Positions 30,055 through 40,400 of a DNA stretch of 64,000 bases are shown piece after piece. A model generated the notes under the pieces. The model ran no database searches. It worked only from the letters and a program-made list of their open reading frames with translations, and was not told the origin of the DNA. The stretch's first letter is position 1, and every line of letters starts with the position of its first letter. Source of the stretch: Patescibacteria group bacterium (GTDB lineage Bacteria; Patescibacteriota; JABMPQ01; JAQVVF01); the NCBI GenBank assembly GCA_028699085.1, contig JAQVVF010000003.1, forward strand, positions 25,721 through 89,720, given 5' to 3'. The translations under genes and the position numbers were made by a program.

Positions 30055-32712
30055 TTATTCCTGAAGTTTAGATCCTCTAGCTATATAATTAATTGATATT
30101 CCGCCAATTTTTTTAAAGGATCCTCCTGCATATAATTCTCCATTATAGTCCGCTAATGTTAAAACTTTTCTAATTTCAAATATTGGGGCAGCTACTGAGT
30201 TAAGATTAAGCCAAGTCACACCATTCAATACAGCAACATTATAAAACTCATTTGTACCTGATCTAAAAAATTGTCCACCAATATATATCTTATTATTGTA
30301 TTCTGACAAAGCATAAATCGAACCTGGTATCCATGACCCCAACATACTTAAAGAATTACCATTCCATTTATAGACGTACGAATGCAATTCTTCAGAACCA
30401 TTTTCTAATGCTTGTCCTGTAATATATAACTTATTATTATGTGCATATAATCGACCCCAACCAATACGATTGTTGTCAATGTGCCGTCGGTATAGTTCGC
30501 TCCGAAACGACACTTTGCTCCAAACCGAACCATTCCACTTTGCCAAGTTATTAGACTCATAACCATCAATACTATTAAATAATCCTAAAATATACAATTC
30601 ATTATCATATACAGCCATAGAATTAATATAACCATTAAAACCTACACCATCTCCTGCAACCCCTTCCCAAGACACACCATCCCATACCATAATACCACTA
30701 TGATTATCAAGATAACCATCTCTTAAATAGTTCAAAGTAAAGTCTCCTCCAGCATATAATTTATTTCTATAAACTACTAGAGAAGTAATGTTGCTGTCAC
30801 CTATAACATTTGCTACTTGCATACCAGTCCTAGTCCACGACACACCATCCCACTTCATAACTGTATAACCCACAGCTGCATACAATTCAGTTCGAAATGA
30901 AGCCAAAGCAGTAACAGTACCATTAAGCCCAAGCCCAGAACCAAGCGGAATCCAAGAATTCTCGTACCACATAGCTATATTGCTCATTCTGGAACCATTA
31001 ATTACCATTTCAAAATTCCCTCCAATTATTAAACTCTCATTGTGAACAACTGAAGAAGTAACATAAAAAGCACGACCGGGAACTTCCTCAAAAACAACAG
31101 AGTCGTCGAGAGCGCTCCAATTCCAATTAACTGCAACTGCAAACTGCATTTCCATTTTAGGTATCTTATTAAAATAGACTGTAAATTTATTATCAATTAT
31201 ATTTAATCTAACTTTTGCGTTTTTCCAATAATTTGCTAGAGAAATCCACCTGCCCGACTTTTCACGCACAATCAATGCCATATTACTTTCTTTAACTAAT
31301 GAATTTTTCCTCTTCAATGCTTTAAATTCTGCCTGCGTATATTGAAAAGTGACTTTCACCTGATATTTTTGCTTCTTCTTTTTTGCTTTGTATTCTTTTA
31401 GATTACTTTTTAAGGTCCAAACTTTCTTTAAAGTTGTTTTTTTAGTGTTTTTAAATTTAGCTGGATGTTTTTCAGACTTTCTCCACTTCATATAATACTT
31501 GCTGCCTTTTGTTAATTTCGTTGGCAACTTTTTAAAGTATAACTTTAAATCTTGTCCAGAAATTGTTTCTTTCTTTAATGCTTTTTTTAATTTGACTTTC
31601 TTTCCATCAACTAAATTTTGTTGTTGTATTTCAACTGTAGTAGGCTCTGGAGTTGGAGTTGGAGTAGATTCAACCCATTTGGAAATATAATTAGCAGAAC
31701 TGCCACTAGCAACTGTAAAATTACCACCAGCATAAAGCTCGCTGTTGTATACTGCTAAAGCCAAGACTGTACTATTCATTCCAGAACTTAATGCACTCCA
31801 AGATGTACCATTCCATTTTGCAATATAGTTAGCAGAACTGCTATCAGCAGTTGTAAAACTTCCCCCAGCATATAGTTCACTATTAAAAAATACTAATGAA
31901 TAAACTGCTCCATTCATTCCAGATCCAATAGCACTCCAAGAGGAACCATCCCATCTTGCAATATAGTTAGCAAAACTGCCACCAGCAGTTGTATAATTAC
32001 CGCCTACGTATAAATAACTGCTATCTGCTGTCAATGACAAAACCGAACCATTCATGCCAGAACTTAATGTCTGCCAGCCTAAAGAAGTATCTAATTTAGC
32101 AATATGTGCTCCAATATTTGTAAAATCTCCGCCTGCATACAATTTATCATTAAAAACCGTTAATGCGCTTACTTTTTGATCTGGATCTGTAGACCAAGCG
32201 TGATCCCAAATACTGCCATTCCATTTTGCAAGATTACTCATCGCAAAACCACCAGCAGTAGTAAATTCTCCGCCAGCATATAAAACACTGCTATGAACAG
32301 CCAAAGAATAAATTGGACCATTCATTCCAGTACCAACAGCGCTCCAAGATGTACCATTCCATTTGGCAATATAGTTAGCCGAGCTACCATCAGCAGTTGT
32401 AAAAGTTCCTCCAGCATACAAATAAGTGCTATCAACTGCTAAAGCATGGACTGCTCCATTCATTCCTGATCCAACTGCACTCCAAGATGTACCATTCCAT
32501 TTGGCAATATAACTAGTGGAAGTTCCTCCAGCAGTTGTAAAACTGCCTCCGGCATACAATTCATTATTGTATACTGCCAAAGCATTAATTCCGCTATTTG
32601 TTCCAGTACTAACTGCGTTCCAACTTCCAGCCAAACTTTCGTTTGCTAATCCCAAAATACCAAATACCAAAAACGCCACACAAAACAAAAGCTTCGATAA
32701 ATACTTTTTCAT
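30055..32712 (-). CDS. Secreted double beta-propeller protein with central Lys-rich domain
   Basis: Signal peptide; repeats LYAGGxFTTAgG...IAKWNGTSWS; PT linker; basic domain; second propeller. Confidence 0.9.
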   Translation of the reverse strand: MKKYLSKLLFCVAFLVFGILGLANESLAGSWNAVSTGTNSGINALAVYNNELYAGGSFTTAGGTSTSYIAKWNGTSWSAVGSGMNGAVHALAVDSTYLYAGGTFTTADGSSANYIAKWNGTSWSAVGTGMNGPIYSLAVHSSVLYAGGEFTTAGGFAMSNLAKWNGSIWDHAWSTDPDQKVSALTVFNDKLYAGGDFTNIGAHIAKLDTSLGWQTLSSGMNGSVLSLTADSSYLYVGGNYTTAGGSFANYIARWDGSSWSAIGSGMNGAVYSLVFFNSELYAGGSFTTADSSSANYIAKWNGTSWSALSSGMNSTVLALAVYNSELYAGGNFTVASGSSANYISKWVESTPTPTPEPTTVEIQQQNLVDGKKVKLKKALKKETISGQDLKLYFKKLPTKLTKGSKYYMKWRKSEKHPAKFKNTKKTTLKKVWTLKSNLKEYKAKKKKQKYQVKVTFQYTQAEFKALKRKNSLVKESNMALIVREKSGRWISLANYWKNAKVRLNIIDNKFTVYFNKIPKMEMQFAVAVNWNWSALDDSVVFEEVPGRAFYVTSSVVHNESLIIGGNFEMVINGSRMSNIAMWYENSWIPLGSGLGLNGTVTALASFRTELYAAVGYTVMKWDGVSWTRTGMQVANVIGDSNITSLVVYRNKLYAGGDFTLNYLRDGYLDNHSGIMVWDGVSWEGVAGDGVGFNGYINSMAVYDNELYILGLFNSIDGYESNNLAKWNGSVWSKVSFRSELYRRHIDNNRIGWGRLYAHNNKLYITGQALENGSEELHSYVYKWNGNSLSMLGSWIPGSIYALSEYNNKIYIGGQFFRSGTNEFYNVAVLNGVTWLNLNSVAAPIFEIRKVLTLADYNGELYAGGSFKKIGGISINYIARGSKLQE

Positions 32713-32793
32713 AATTTAATTTTATTTTTATATAATAAATTTTATTACATAAATTATAACACAAAAGAAGAAGAAGAAGAAAGTTATACACAC

Positions 32794-32827
32794 AAAAAAA
32801 TAGGGGCATAAAATTTTATGCCCCTAC
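32794..32827 (-). terminator. GTAG-type palindrome that also fits a recA terminator
   Basis: Minus strand GTAGGGGCATAAAA-TTTTATGCCCCTA followed by T7. Confidence 0.75.
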
Positions 32828-32888
32828 AAAAATAATTTTTTAATTTCCGTCAGTACTTTATAACTTTAAGAACTTTACAACTTTCGTA

Positions 32889-33911
32889 CTAGTCAACCTT
32901 TGCTGCTTTCACAATTTCCCAAATTTTCTTTTCAATCGTATTAGTTACTTTTGGATTATCTCTCAAAAATTGTTTTGAAGCTTCTCTACCTTGGCCAAGT
33001 TGAGCATCAGCAAAAGTGTACCAAGATCCAGACTTGCCCAAAACTTTATAGGCAACTCCAGTATCCAACAAATCGCCAACTCTTGAAATTCCTTCATTAT
33101 ACATAATATCAAATTCAGTTGTCTGAAAAGGAGGAGCAACTTTATTTTTAACAATTTTTACTTTGACACGATTTCCAATGATCTTGTCATTCATTTTTAT
33201 TTGAGCAGCGCGTCTCAATTCGATTCTGACTGAAGAATAAAATTTCAATGCTTTGCCACCAGTTGTTTCTTCTGGATTACCAAACATCACACCAATCTTC
33301 ATTCTTATTTGATTTAAAAATATCACTGTTGTTTTAGAACTAGAAATTGCTGCTGTCAATTTTCGGAGAGCTTGTGACATTAATCTTGCATGCAAACCCA
33401 TATGAGAATCACCCATGTCTCCTTCAATTTCAGCGCGAGGTGTCAAAGCTGCTACAGAGTCAATCACTATTACATCAACAGCATTTGATCGAACTAATGT
33501 TTCTACAATTTCCAAAGCTTGTTCGCCTGTCTCTGGCTGAGAAATCAGCATATCATTAATATTGATACCAATCTTTTTGGCATAATCAGGATCTAAAGCA
33601 TGTTCAGCATCAATAAAAGCAGCCAGTCCGCCTTTTTTCTGAACATTAGCAATAATATGCTGGGCCAATGTTGTCTTACCTGAACTTTCCATGCCAAATA
33701 TTTCAATAACTCTGCCTCTTGGCACTCCGCCAACTCCCAAAGCAATATCCAAAGAAATTGATCCAGTAGTAATTGCATCAATTTCCATTGTTTTTACTTC
33801 TCCCAACTTCATAATCGCTCCCTCGCCAAAACGATCCTTAATCTGGTCAATCGCTGATTCAACAGCTTTATTCTTTCCCTCCATCGCTTCTTTTTTAGCA
33901 TCTTTTGCCAT
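32889..33911 (-). CDS. recA: Recombinase A
   Basis: [43 protein letters not shown]. Confidence 0.99.
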   Translation of the reverse strand: MAKDAKKEAMEGKNKAVESAIDQIKDRFGEGAIMKLGEVKTMEIDAITTGSISLDIALGVGGVPRGRVIEIFGMESSGKTTLAQHIIANVQKKGGLAAFIDAEHALDPDYAKKIGININDMLISQPETGEQALEIVETLVRSNAVDVIVIDSVAALTPRAEIEGDMGDSHMGLHARLMSQALRKLTAAISSSKTTVIFLNQIRMKIGVMFGNPEETTGGKALKFYSSVRIELRRAAQIKMNDKIIGNRVKVKIVKNKVAPPFQTTEFDIMYNEGISRVGDLLDTGVAYKVLGKSGSWYTFADAQLGQGREASKQFLRDNPKVTNTIEKKIWEIVKAAKVD

Positions 33912-33939
33912 AAAATTAAATTACTTTTTTAAAAATTTA

Positions 33940-34026
33940 CAAATCCCAAATTCCAAACAAATTACAATTAACAAAAATCCGACTTTGTAATTTGTAATTT
34001 GGTTTTTGTTTGGAATTTGGAATTTG
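33940..34026. repeat. Inverted-repeat element of CAAATTC/CAAATTA 7-nt units
   Basis: caaatcccaaattccaaacaaattacaat ... tttgtaatttgtaatttggtttttgtttggaatttggaatttg. Confidence 0.8.
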
Positions 34027-35064
34027 TTACTTTATCTCTTTATCACGTACAACCTCCCCTTCTTTACCCAAAAATCCCAAATCTTTTCCATTCAAAACCG
34101 CTTTAGTTTTGTCAGCTTTTCCTGATGACACAAGGAATTTCTCTTTTGCTTTGAATGTCTGCGACGCATCAGGCAACATCATTCCAGAATAAATTAATCT
34201 ATCATCAGCTTTCACTTGTATCCATGCTGCTTTATCAACAACTGTTATAACTAACATTGATTCTGGCTTTATAGTTGTCTTATTCTTATCCTTTGCATTC
34301 TTATCTTTTGCTGGCTCTTCTGCTTTGTATTCTCCTTTCAAGGCTAGTTTTTCATTTTCTTTTTGTCTTTCCAAATCACCAGTTAATTCAACCATAATAT
34401 TTCTTTTTACTTCTGTACTTTTGCCAAACTTATTATTCGCAGTAATTTTTAGAACATTTAATCCATCTTGCAGAGCAATGGTTTCTTTAAATTTTCCACT
34501 ACCATCAACTTGAATTGGCTGATCATTAATTTTTACCTCTGCTTCTAAATCAGTTTCACCAACCAATACAATTACATCGTCATTGATTGTTTTATCCTCT
34601 GATGGATCTAGAATAGTTAATACTGGCGGTTTTGAAAGACCACTTAATTGAAACCAAATATACAAAAACATTACAAAAACAGCCAAGCCTGCTAAACAAA
34701 TCTTTATCAGTCTTGGCGTAATCACAAACGAATTAGATCTATACGACGACAAAGGAGCAGGTTCCTTTGACTTTTTAATATTCTCTTGAATTCCTCGCTC
34801 GTTTTTATACAAATTCAATGCTCCTTGAAAATCTATTCCAACATAATTACAATAGCTCCTCAAAAAACCTCTCACATAAACATCAGCTGGCAATTCACTA
34901 TATCTTCCTTCTTCCAAATATCTGATATATGTTTCTCGAACTCTAATGCTTTGTGAAATTTCTTTTAATGTCAAATTAGCCTCTTCTCTTGCGTTCTGCA
35001 ATCTTTCGCCTAAAGTCTCTGCACTCTTCAGGCGATGAGTGGTAAAACCTTCACCTAATTTCAT
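34027..35064 (-). CDS. RodZ-like protein (HTH, TM, Ig-like, DUF4115)
   Basis: TLGERLQNARE..YLEEGRYSELPADVYVRGFLRSY; AWIQVKADD; downstream of ftsK. Confidence 0.88.
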   Translation of the reverse strand: MKLGEGFTTHRLKSAETLGERLQNAREEANLTLKEISQSIRVRETYIRYLEEGRYSELPADVYVRGFLRSYCNYVGIDFQGALNLYKNERGIQENIKKSKEPAPLSSYRSNSFVITPRLIKICLAGLAVFVMFLYIWFQLSGLSKPPVLTILDPSEDKTINDDVIVLVGETDLEAEVKINDQPIQVDGSGKFKETIALQDGLNVLKITANNKFGKSTEVKRNIMVELTGDLERQKENEKLALKGEYKAEEPAKDKNAKDKNKTTIKPESMLVITVVDKAAWIQVKADDRLIYSGMMLPDASQTFKAKEKFLVSSGKADKTKAVLNGKDLGFLGKEGEVVRDKEIK

Positions 35065-37319
35065 AACTGATTGTTATTAAACTGTTTATTGGCTAATTCT
35101 TCTTTACTTGGCAGTCCCAAAGTATCGCCTGGCGCAACCAAAATTTCTCTCGGCTTTGCTCCATCTGCCTGACCAACAATTCCCCGTTCTTCCAAAATAT
35201 CTAAAAGCCGAGCTGCTCTTGCATAACCAACTCTTAATCTTCTTTGCAACAATGATGCTGATGCTTTTCCAGACATAATTACTGTTTCTTTTGCTTCCTC
35301 ATATAATTCATCATCAACTTCTCCTTCAACCGCTACCCCATTGGCCATCATTTTTTGCTGTCTTTGAACAATTGATTCATCATATTCAGGCTCGCCTTTA
35401 TCTTTCAAGAATTTAGTAACAGAATGAATATCTTTTTCAGTTACAAAAGATCCTTGGACTCTTCTTGGCTTGCCTAAATCAGGAGATATAAATAACATAT
35501 CGCCATTGCCCAATAATCTTTCCGCACCACCAACATCGATAATCGTTCTAGAATCAATTTGTGATGCTACTGCAAAAGCAATTCTCGCTGTAATATTAGC
35601 CTTGATTAAACCTGTAATAACATTCACTGAAGGTCTTTGTGTTGCCAAAATCAAATGAATACCAGTTGCACGAGCCATTTGTGATAATCTAACAATCGCT
35701 GCCTCAACTTCTTTCGAAGCAACTGCCATAAGATCAGCCAACTCATCAATGACTACTACAATAAATGGCAGTCGATCTTTTCCAGCTGATGCATTATAAG
35801 AATGAATATCTCTCTTTTTGCATTCTGCAAATAAAGTAAAACGTTTCTCCATTTCTGATACTGTCCATCGCAAAGCATTAACAGTTTTATCAACTTCAGT
35901 AATTACTGGCGTTAATAAATGCGGAATGCCTTCATAATTTGTCATTTCTACTTTTTTTGGATCAACTAGAATCAATCTCAAATCATCAGGAGAATTCTGA
36001 TATAACAAACTCATAATAATTGTATTCAAACAAATTGACTTTCCAGAACCTGTTGCTCCAGAAATCAAAAGATGAGGCATTTTATCAAGCTCGCAAACTG
36101 TTGGACTACCGGCAACATTTCTACCTAAGACCATCGTTAAAGAAGACTTTGAATTAGTGAATTCCTTGCTTTCTAAAATTTCTCTTAACCTAACTAAAGC
36201 GACTTTCTGGTTTGGCACTTCCACTCCAACCAAGGATTTGCCTGGAATCGGCGCTTCAATTCTTATTGGATGCGCAGCTAAAGACAATGCTAAATCATTA
36301 TTTAATGTTACAATCTGACTTAATTTTACACCTTCCATTGGTTTAAATGTATATTGAGTTACAGTTGGACCGACATTAACTTCTTGCATTTTTACGTTAA
36401 TGTTGAAACTTTTTAAAGTCTGCTGAATTACTCTCGCATTATTTTTAACATCGCCAGCCATCGGCGTAGTACTTTGATTATTCAAAAGCTCCAAAGGAAA
36501 AGGCTTCCAATCTCCCCATTTTTTCGAGCGTATTACACTTTTTTTTGCCTTTCCATCTTCCATATCTTTGACATGCAATTCCGAATTTCCTTCAGCTTCA
36601 ACAGGTACAGCTGATCTTTCATTCATTCCCTTGATAGTTAGCTCTCCTTCAATCGGTTGTTTGTGTAATAATTTCAAAATAAATAATCTCAATTGCTTAA
36701 AGCCTTCAATTACATCTTTCAAAGAAATATTAAAAGTCATGATCGATCCTATAACGAAAACTGCCAACAATATTACGCCTGCAGCCCAAAATCCCATAAA
36801 TAACTGCATTGGATAAGCAAAAGCATAACCCAAATATCCTCCGCCAACTCCATCCTTTATCACTCCTAAAGCTGTTTCTCCATTATATTTCACATGGAAA
36901 ATACCGCATAAACCAATCAAAAACATTGTTGCCCCAATCAAATTATACTTGCTGAAATTAGGCTCTTCCAATCTTTCTGATCGAAATATCGCAATAGCTA
37001 AACCAATTAACAAAAATGGAAAAATATAAGCTGGTCTTCCCATAGCTTGCCTCAAACCCATACTCATAAATTCACCCATTTTTCCTGCTAATCCAATCAA
37101 TGACAAAAGACTTAAAATTCCAACAATAAAAAAGACAACAAGCATAATACCTCTAACAACTTCTGGTTGCATGCCAATATTAAACAAAAAACCCATTGAA
37201 CCTTTTCTTTTTCGTCCATGCAATTTTGGCGGCCTGCCTGGTTTTCTTTTTTGTTGTCCTTTTAAAATCGAAGTTGTAACCAAATTTTTTGCTTTTGGCG
37301 GTCTTCCTCTTTGTGCCAT
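35061..37319 (-). CDS. ftsK: DNA translocase FtsK/SpoIIIE
   Basis: 4 TMs, PHLLISGATGSGKS, IDELADLM, ATQRPSV, SLLQRRLRVGYARAARL. Confidence 0.99.
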   Translation of the reverse strand: MAQRGRPPKAKNLVTTSILKGQQKRKPGRPPKLHGRKRKGSMGFLFNIGMQPEVVRGIMLVVFFIVGILSLLSLIGLAGKMGEFMSMGLRQAMGRPAYIFPFLLIGLAIAIFRSERLEEPNFSKYNLIGATMFLIGLCGIFHVKYNGETALGVIKDGVGGGYLGYAFAYPMQLFMGFWAAGVILLAVFVIGSIMTFNISLKDVIEGFKQLRLFILKLLHKQPIEGELTIKGMNERSAVPVEAEGNSELHVKDMEDGKAKKSVIRSKKWGDWKPFPLELLNNQSTTPMAGDVKNNARVIQQTLKSFNINVKMQEVNVGPTVTQYTFKPMEGVKLSQIVTLNNDLALSLAAHPIRIEAPIPGKSLVGVEVPNQKVALVRLREILESKEFTNSKSSLTMVLGRNVAGSPTVCELDKMPHLLISGATGSGKSICLNTIIMSLLYQNSPDDLRLILVDPKKVEMTNYEGIPHLLTPVITEVDKTVNALRWTVSEMEKRFTLFAECKKRDIHSYNASAGKDRLPFIVVVIDELADLMAVASKEVEAAIVRLSQMARATGIHLILATQRPSVNVITGLIKANITARIAFAVASQIDSRTIIDVGGAERLLGNGDMLFISPDLGKPRRVQGSFVTEKDIHSVTKFLKDKGEPEYDESIVQRQQKMMANGVAVEGEVDDELYEEAKETVIMSGKASASLLQRRLRVGYARAARLLDILEERGIVGQADGAKPREILVAPGDTLGLPSKEELANKQFNNNQL

Positions 37320-37408
37320 TTATTTTTGTTTATTTGTATTTAAAATTTCAAAAAAATCCTAAAAATCTAGGTCATAATTATTATACTATAATTAAACTTA
37401 ATTACAAT

Positions 37409-37439
37409 AAAAAAAGAAGGCTTAATATAAGCCTTCTTT
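37409..37439 (-). terminator. rpoC terminator
   Basis: AAAGAAGGCTTA-TAT-TAAGCCTTCTTT followed by T-tract. Confidence 0.85.
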
Positions 37440-37456
37440 CTATATTTTCAATCTTT

Positions 37457-40400
37457 TTATACTTTTCTTACGTATCCAGTACCAGCTGGAATTAATTTAC
37501 CAAGAATTACATTTTCTTTCAGGCCCTTAAGTTCATCAACTTTACCTGTGATAGAAGCATCAATCAAGACTCTTGCAGTTTCTTGGAAAGAAGCAGCAGA
37601 TAAGAAGCTATCAGTTGATAATGAAGATTTAGTAATACCTAATAATAATTCGTCAGCCTCTGGCAATTCTTTTCCATCTTTTTTTAATTGATCGCGAACT
37701 GCCAAAAATTTTACTCTATTCATAACATCACCAGCAATAAGATCACTCTTGCCAGCTTTTCTAACTCTCACCCAATTCAACATCTGTCTGATAATCAATT
37801 CAACATGTTTATCATCTACATCCTGACCTTGGCTTGAGTAAATATATTGTACTTCTTTCAAAATATATTTTTGGATTGCTTCACGTCCGCAAGATTTAAA
37901 TAGATTTTGCAAATCCAATGCGCCTTCTGTCAATTGCTGTCCTTTGCTAACCAAATCTTTATTTTTAACCCATAATACAGCATTGTTTGGCAAAATATAT
38001 TCTTTTTCAACATCGCCTTCTTTGACGATTATTAAATTTTGTCCATCAATTTTCACAAAACCAGAAGCTTTTGCTTTAACATCTTTGCCTTTTTCTGTTT
38101 TAATCAATACATCGCCTTTATTAACATCAGTTGCATCTTTAACAACAAGCTTATCATTTGCCCCAAATTGATATAAATCTTTGCTGACATTTGAAGCAAC
38201 TATTCTTAAAATCTTTCTATCTTTTTCTTCTTCAATCGATGCAATACCATCTAATTCGGCAAAAATTGCTGGTTTTTTGATTCCTCTGGCTTCAAATAGT
38301 TCTTCAACTCTAGGCAAACCTTGAATAATATCTCCTTCGGAAGCTACACCACCAGTATGGAAAGTTCTCATAGTCAACTGTGTTCCAGGCTCACCAATTG
38401 ATTGAGCAGCAATAATACCAACTGCCTGTCCTATTGCTACTTTTTCATTTTTACCTAAATCCCAGCCATAACATTTTTGACAGATACCTCTTTCCATTTT
38501 ACATGTTATTACTGAAAAAATTCTAACAGAATCTAAATCTAAACTATCGATTAATTTTCCATATGCTCTTGTAACAATTTCACCTTTTTTAATAACAATT
38601 TTTCCAGACTGATCTTTTATATCAGAAGCTAATGTTCTGCCTAATATTCTATCGCCAATAGTCGTATTCATTTCAGTGCTATCTTTCTTAGTTATTTCAA
38701 GGCCTTTTGTATCACTACATTCTTCTGCTTGAATAATAATATCTTGAGATACATCAATCAATCTTCTTGTTAAATAACCAGCATTAGCAGTACGCAAAGC
38801 TGTATCAGTTAAACCTTTTCTAGCACCGTGAGTAGAAATAAAATATTCCAAAACACCTAAGCCTTCTTTAAAACTATTTTTAACAGGCAACTCAATAGTC
38901 TTACCTGATGGAGCAGCCATTAATCCTCTCATACCCATCATCTGAACAATTTGTGGCCATGAACCTCTAGCGCCAGATTCAACCATTGCGAAAACTGGAC
39001 CAAATTCTTCAACTGTATTTCTTGTTACATCTGTAATTTTATCTTTTACATTTGCCCAAGTTTCAATTACTTTAACATAACGTTCATGATCAGTTAAAAG
39101 TCCTGATTTATATTGTTGCCTAATTTCTTCAATTTTCTTTGTTGCTTCTAGCATCATGCCTGCTTTTTCTTTTGGCAATTTCAAATCATCCATACCCCAA
39201 GAAAGTCCAGATCTAGTCAAATATTCAAAACCAATTTCTTTAATCGCATCAACTAATTTAACAGTTGTTTCTCCACCATGTTTATGCAAACATTCACCGA
39301 TTAATTCTCTTAATGCTTTTTTATCAAAAACACTATTTCTAAAACCAAAATCTTCAGGCAGTACTCTGTTAAAAATGATTCTACCAACACAAGTCTCTGT
39401 TATTTCATTATCAATTCTAACTTTAATTTTTGCTCTGATATCAACTAAATCGTTTTCATAAGCTAATATTGCTTCTTCAGCATCAGAAAAAATCTTTCCT
39501 TCCCCTTTCATTCCAACGCGCATATTAGAAATATAATAGCAACCCAAAACAATGTCTTGAGAAGGGACAGTAATTGGAACACCAGTAGCTGGTTTTAACA
39601 AATTATGTGTTGCAGACATGATTTCTTTAGCTTCCTTTTGCGCCATGGAAGTAAGAGGAACATGAACAGCCATCTGATCGCCATCAAAGTCAGCATTGAA
39701 AGCAGAACATACCATTGGATGAATTTGCAAAGCCTTGCCTTCAATCAAAATTGGTTTGAAAGCTTGAATACCTAATCTATGCAGGGTCGGAGCACGATTT
39801 AACAAGACATATTTATCAGCAATAGTTTCTTCCAAAGCATCCCAAACTTCTGATCTGCCTTCTTCAATTAATTTTCCAGCAGATCTAACATTATGGGCAA
39901 ATTCACTTTTTATTAAGCTATGAATAACAAATGGTTTAAACAATTCCAAGGCCATTGTTTTTGGAATACCACACTCGCCTAATTTCAAATGAGGTCCAAT
40001 AACAATTACTGAACGTCCTGAATAATCAACACGCTTGCCTAAAAGATTCTGTCTGAAACGTCCTTGCTTGCCTTTCAACATATCAGCCAAAGATTTTAAT
40101 AATCTCTTCTGTCCGGTTGAAGCAGCAGTTACCTTGCCAGATCTTGCTGAATTATCTAATAATGCATCGACAGCTTCTTGCAACATTCTTTTTTCATTTC
40201 TACAAATAACTTCTGGTGCATTTAATTCAATCAACCTTTTTAAACGATTATTACGATTGATAACTCTTCTATATAAATCATTTAAATCAGAAGCAGCATA
40301 TCTACCACCATCCAATTGAACCATCGGACGCAAATCTGGAGGAATAACAGGAAGAACAGTCAATATTGTATATTCAGGTCTAATTCCAACCTTAATTAAA

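Noticed and set aside
31680-32600. Near-identical ~140-nt DNA repeats as a CRISPR array
   Set aside because: They are in-frame propeller blade repeats without unique spacers; no cas genes are present.
29759-37319. ftsK 5' duplicate as a DGR template/variable repeat pair
   Set aside because: Mismatches are not confined to adenines of one copy, are mostly synonymous, and no reverse transcriptase is in the window.
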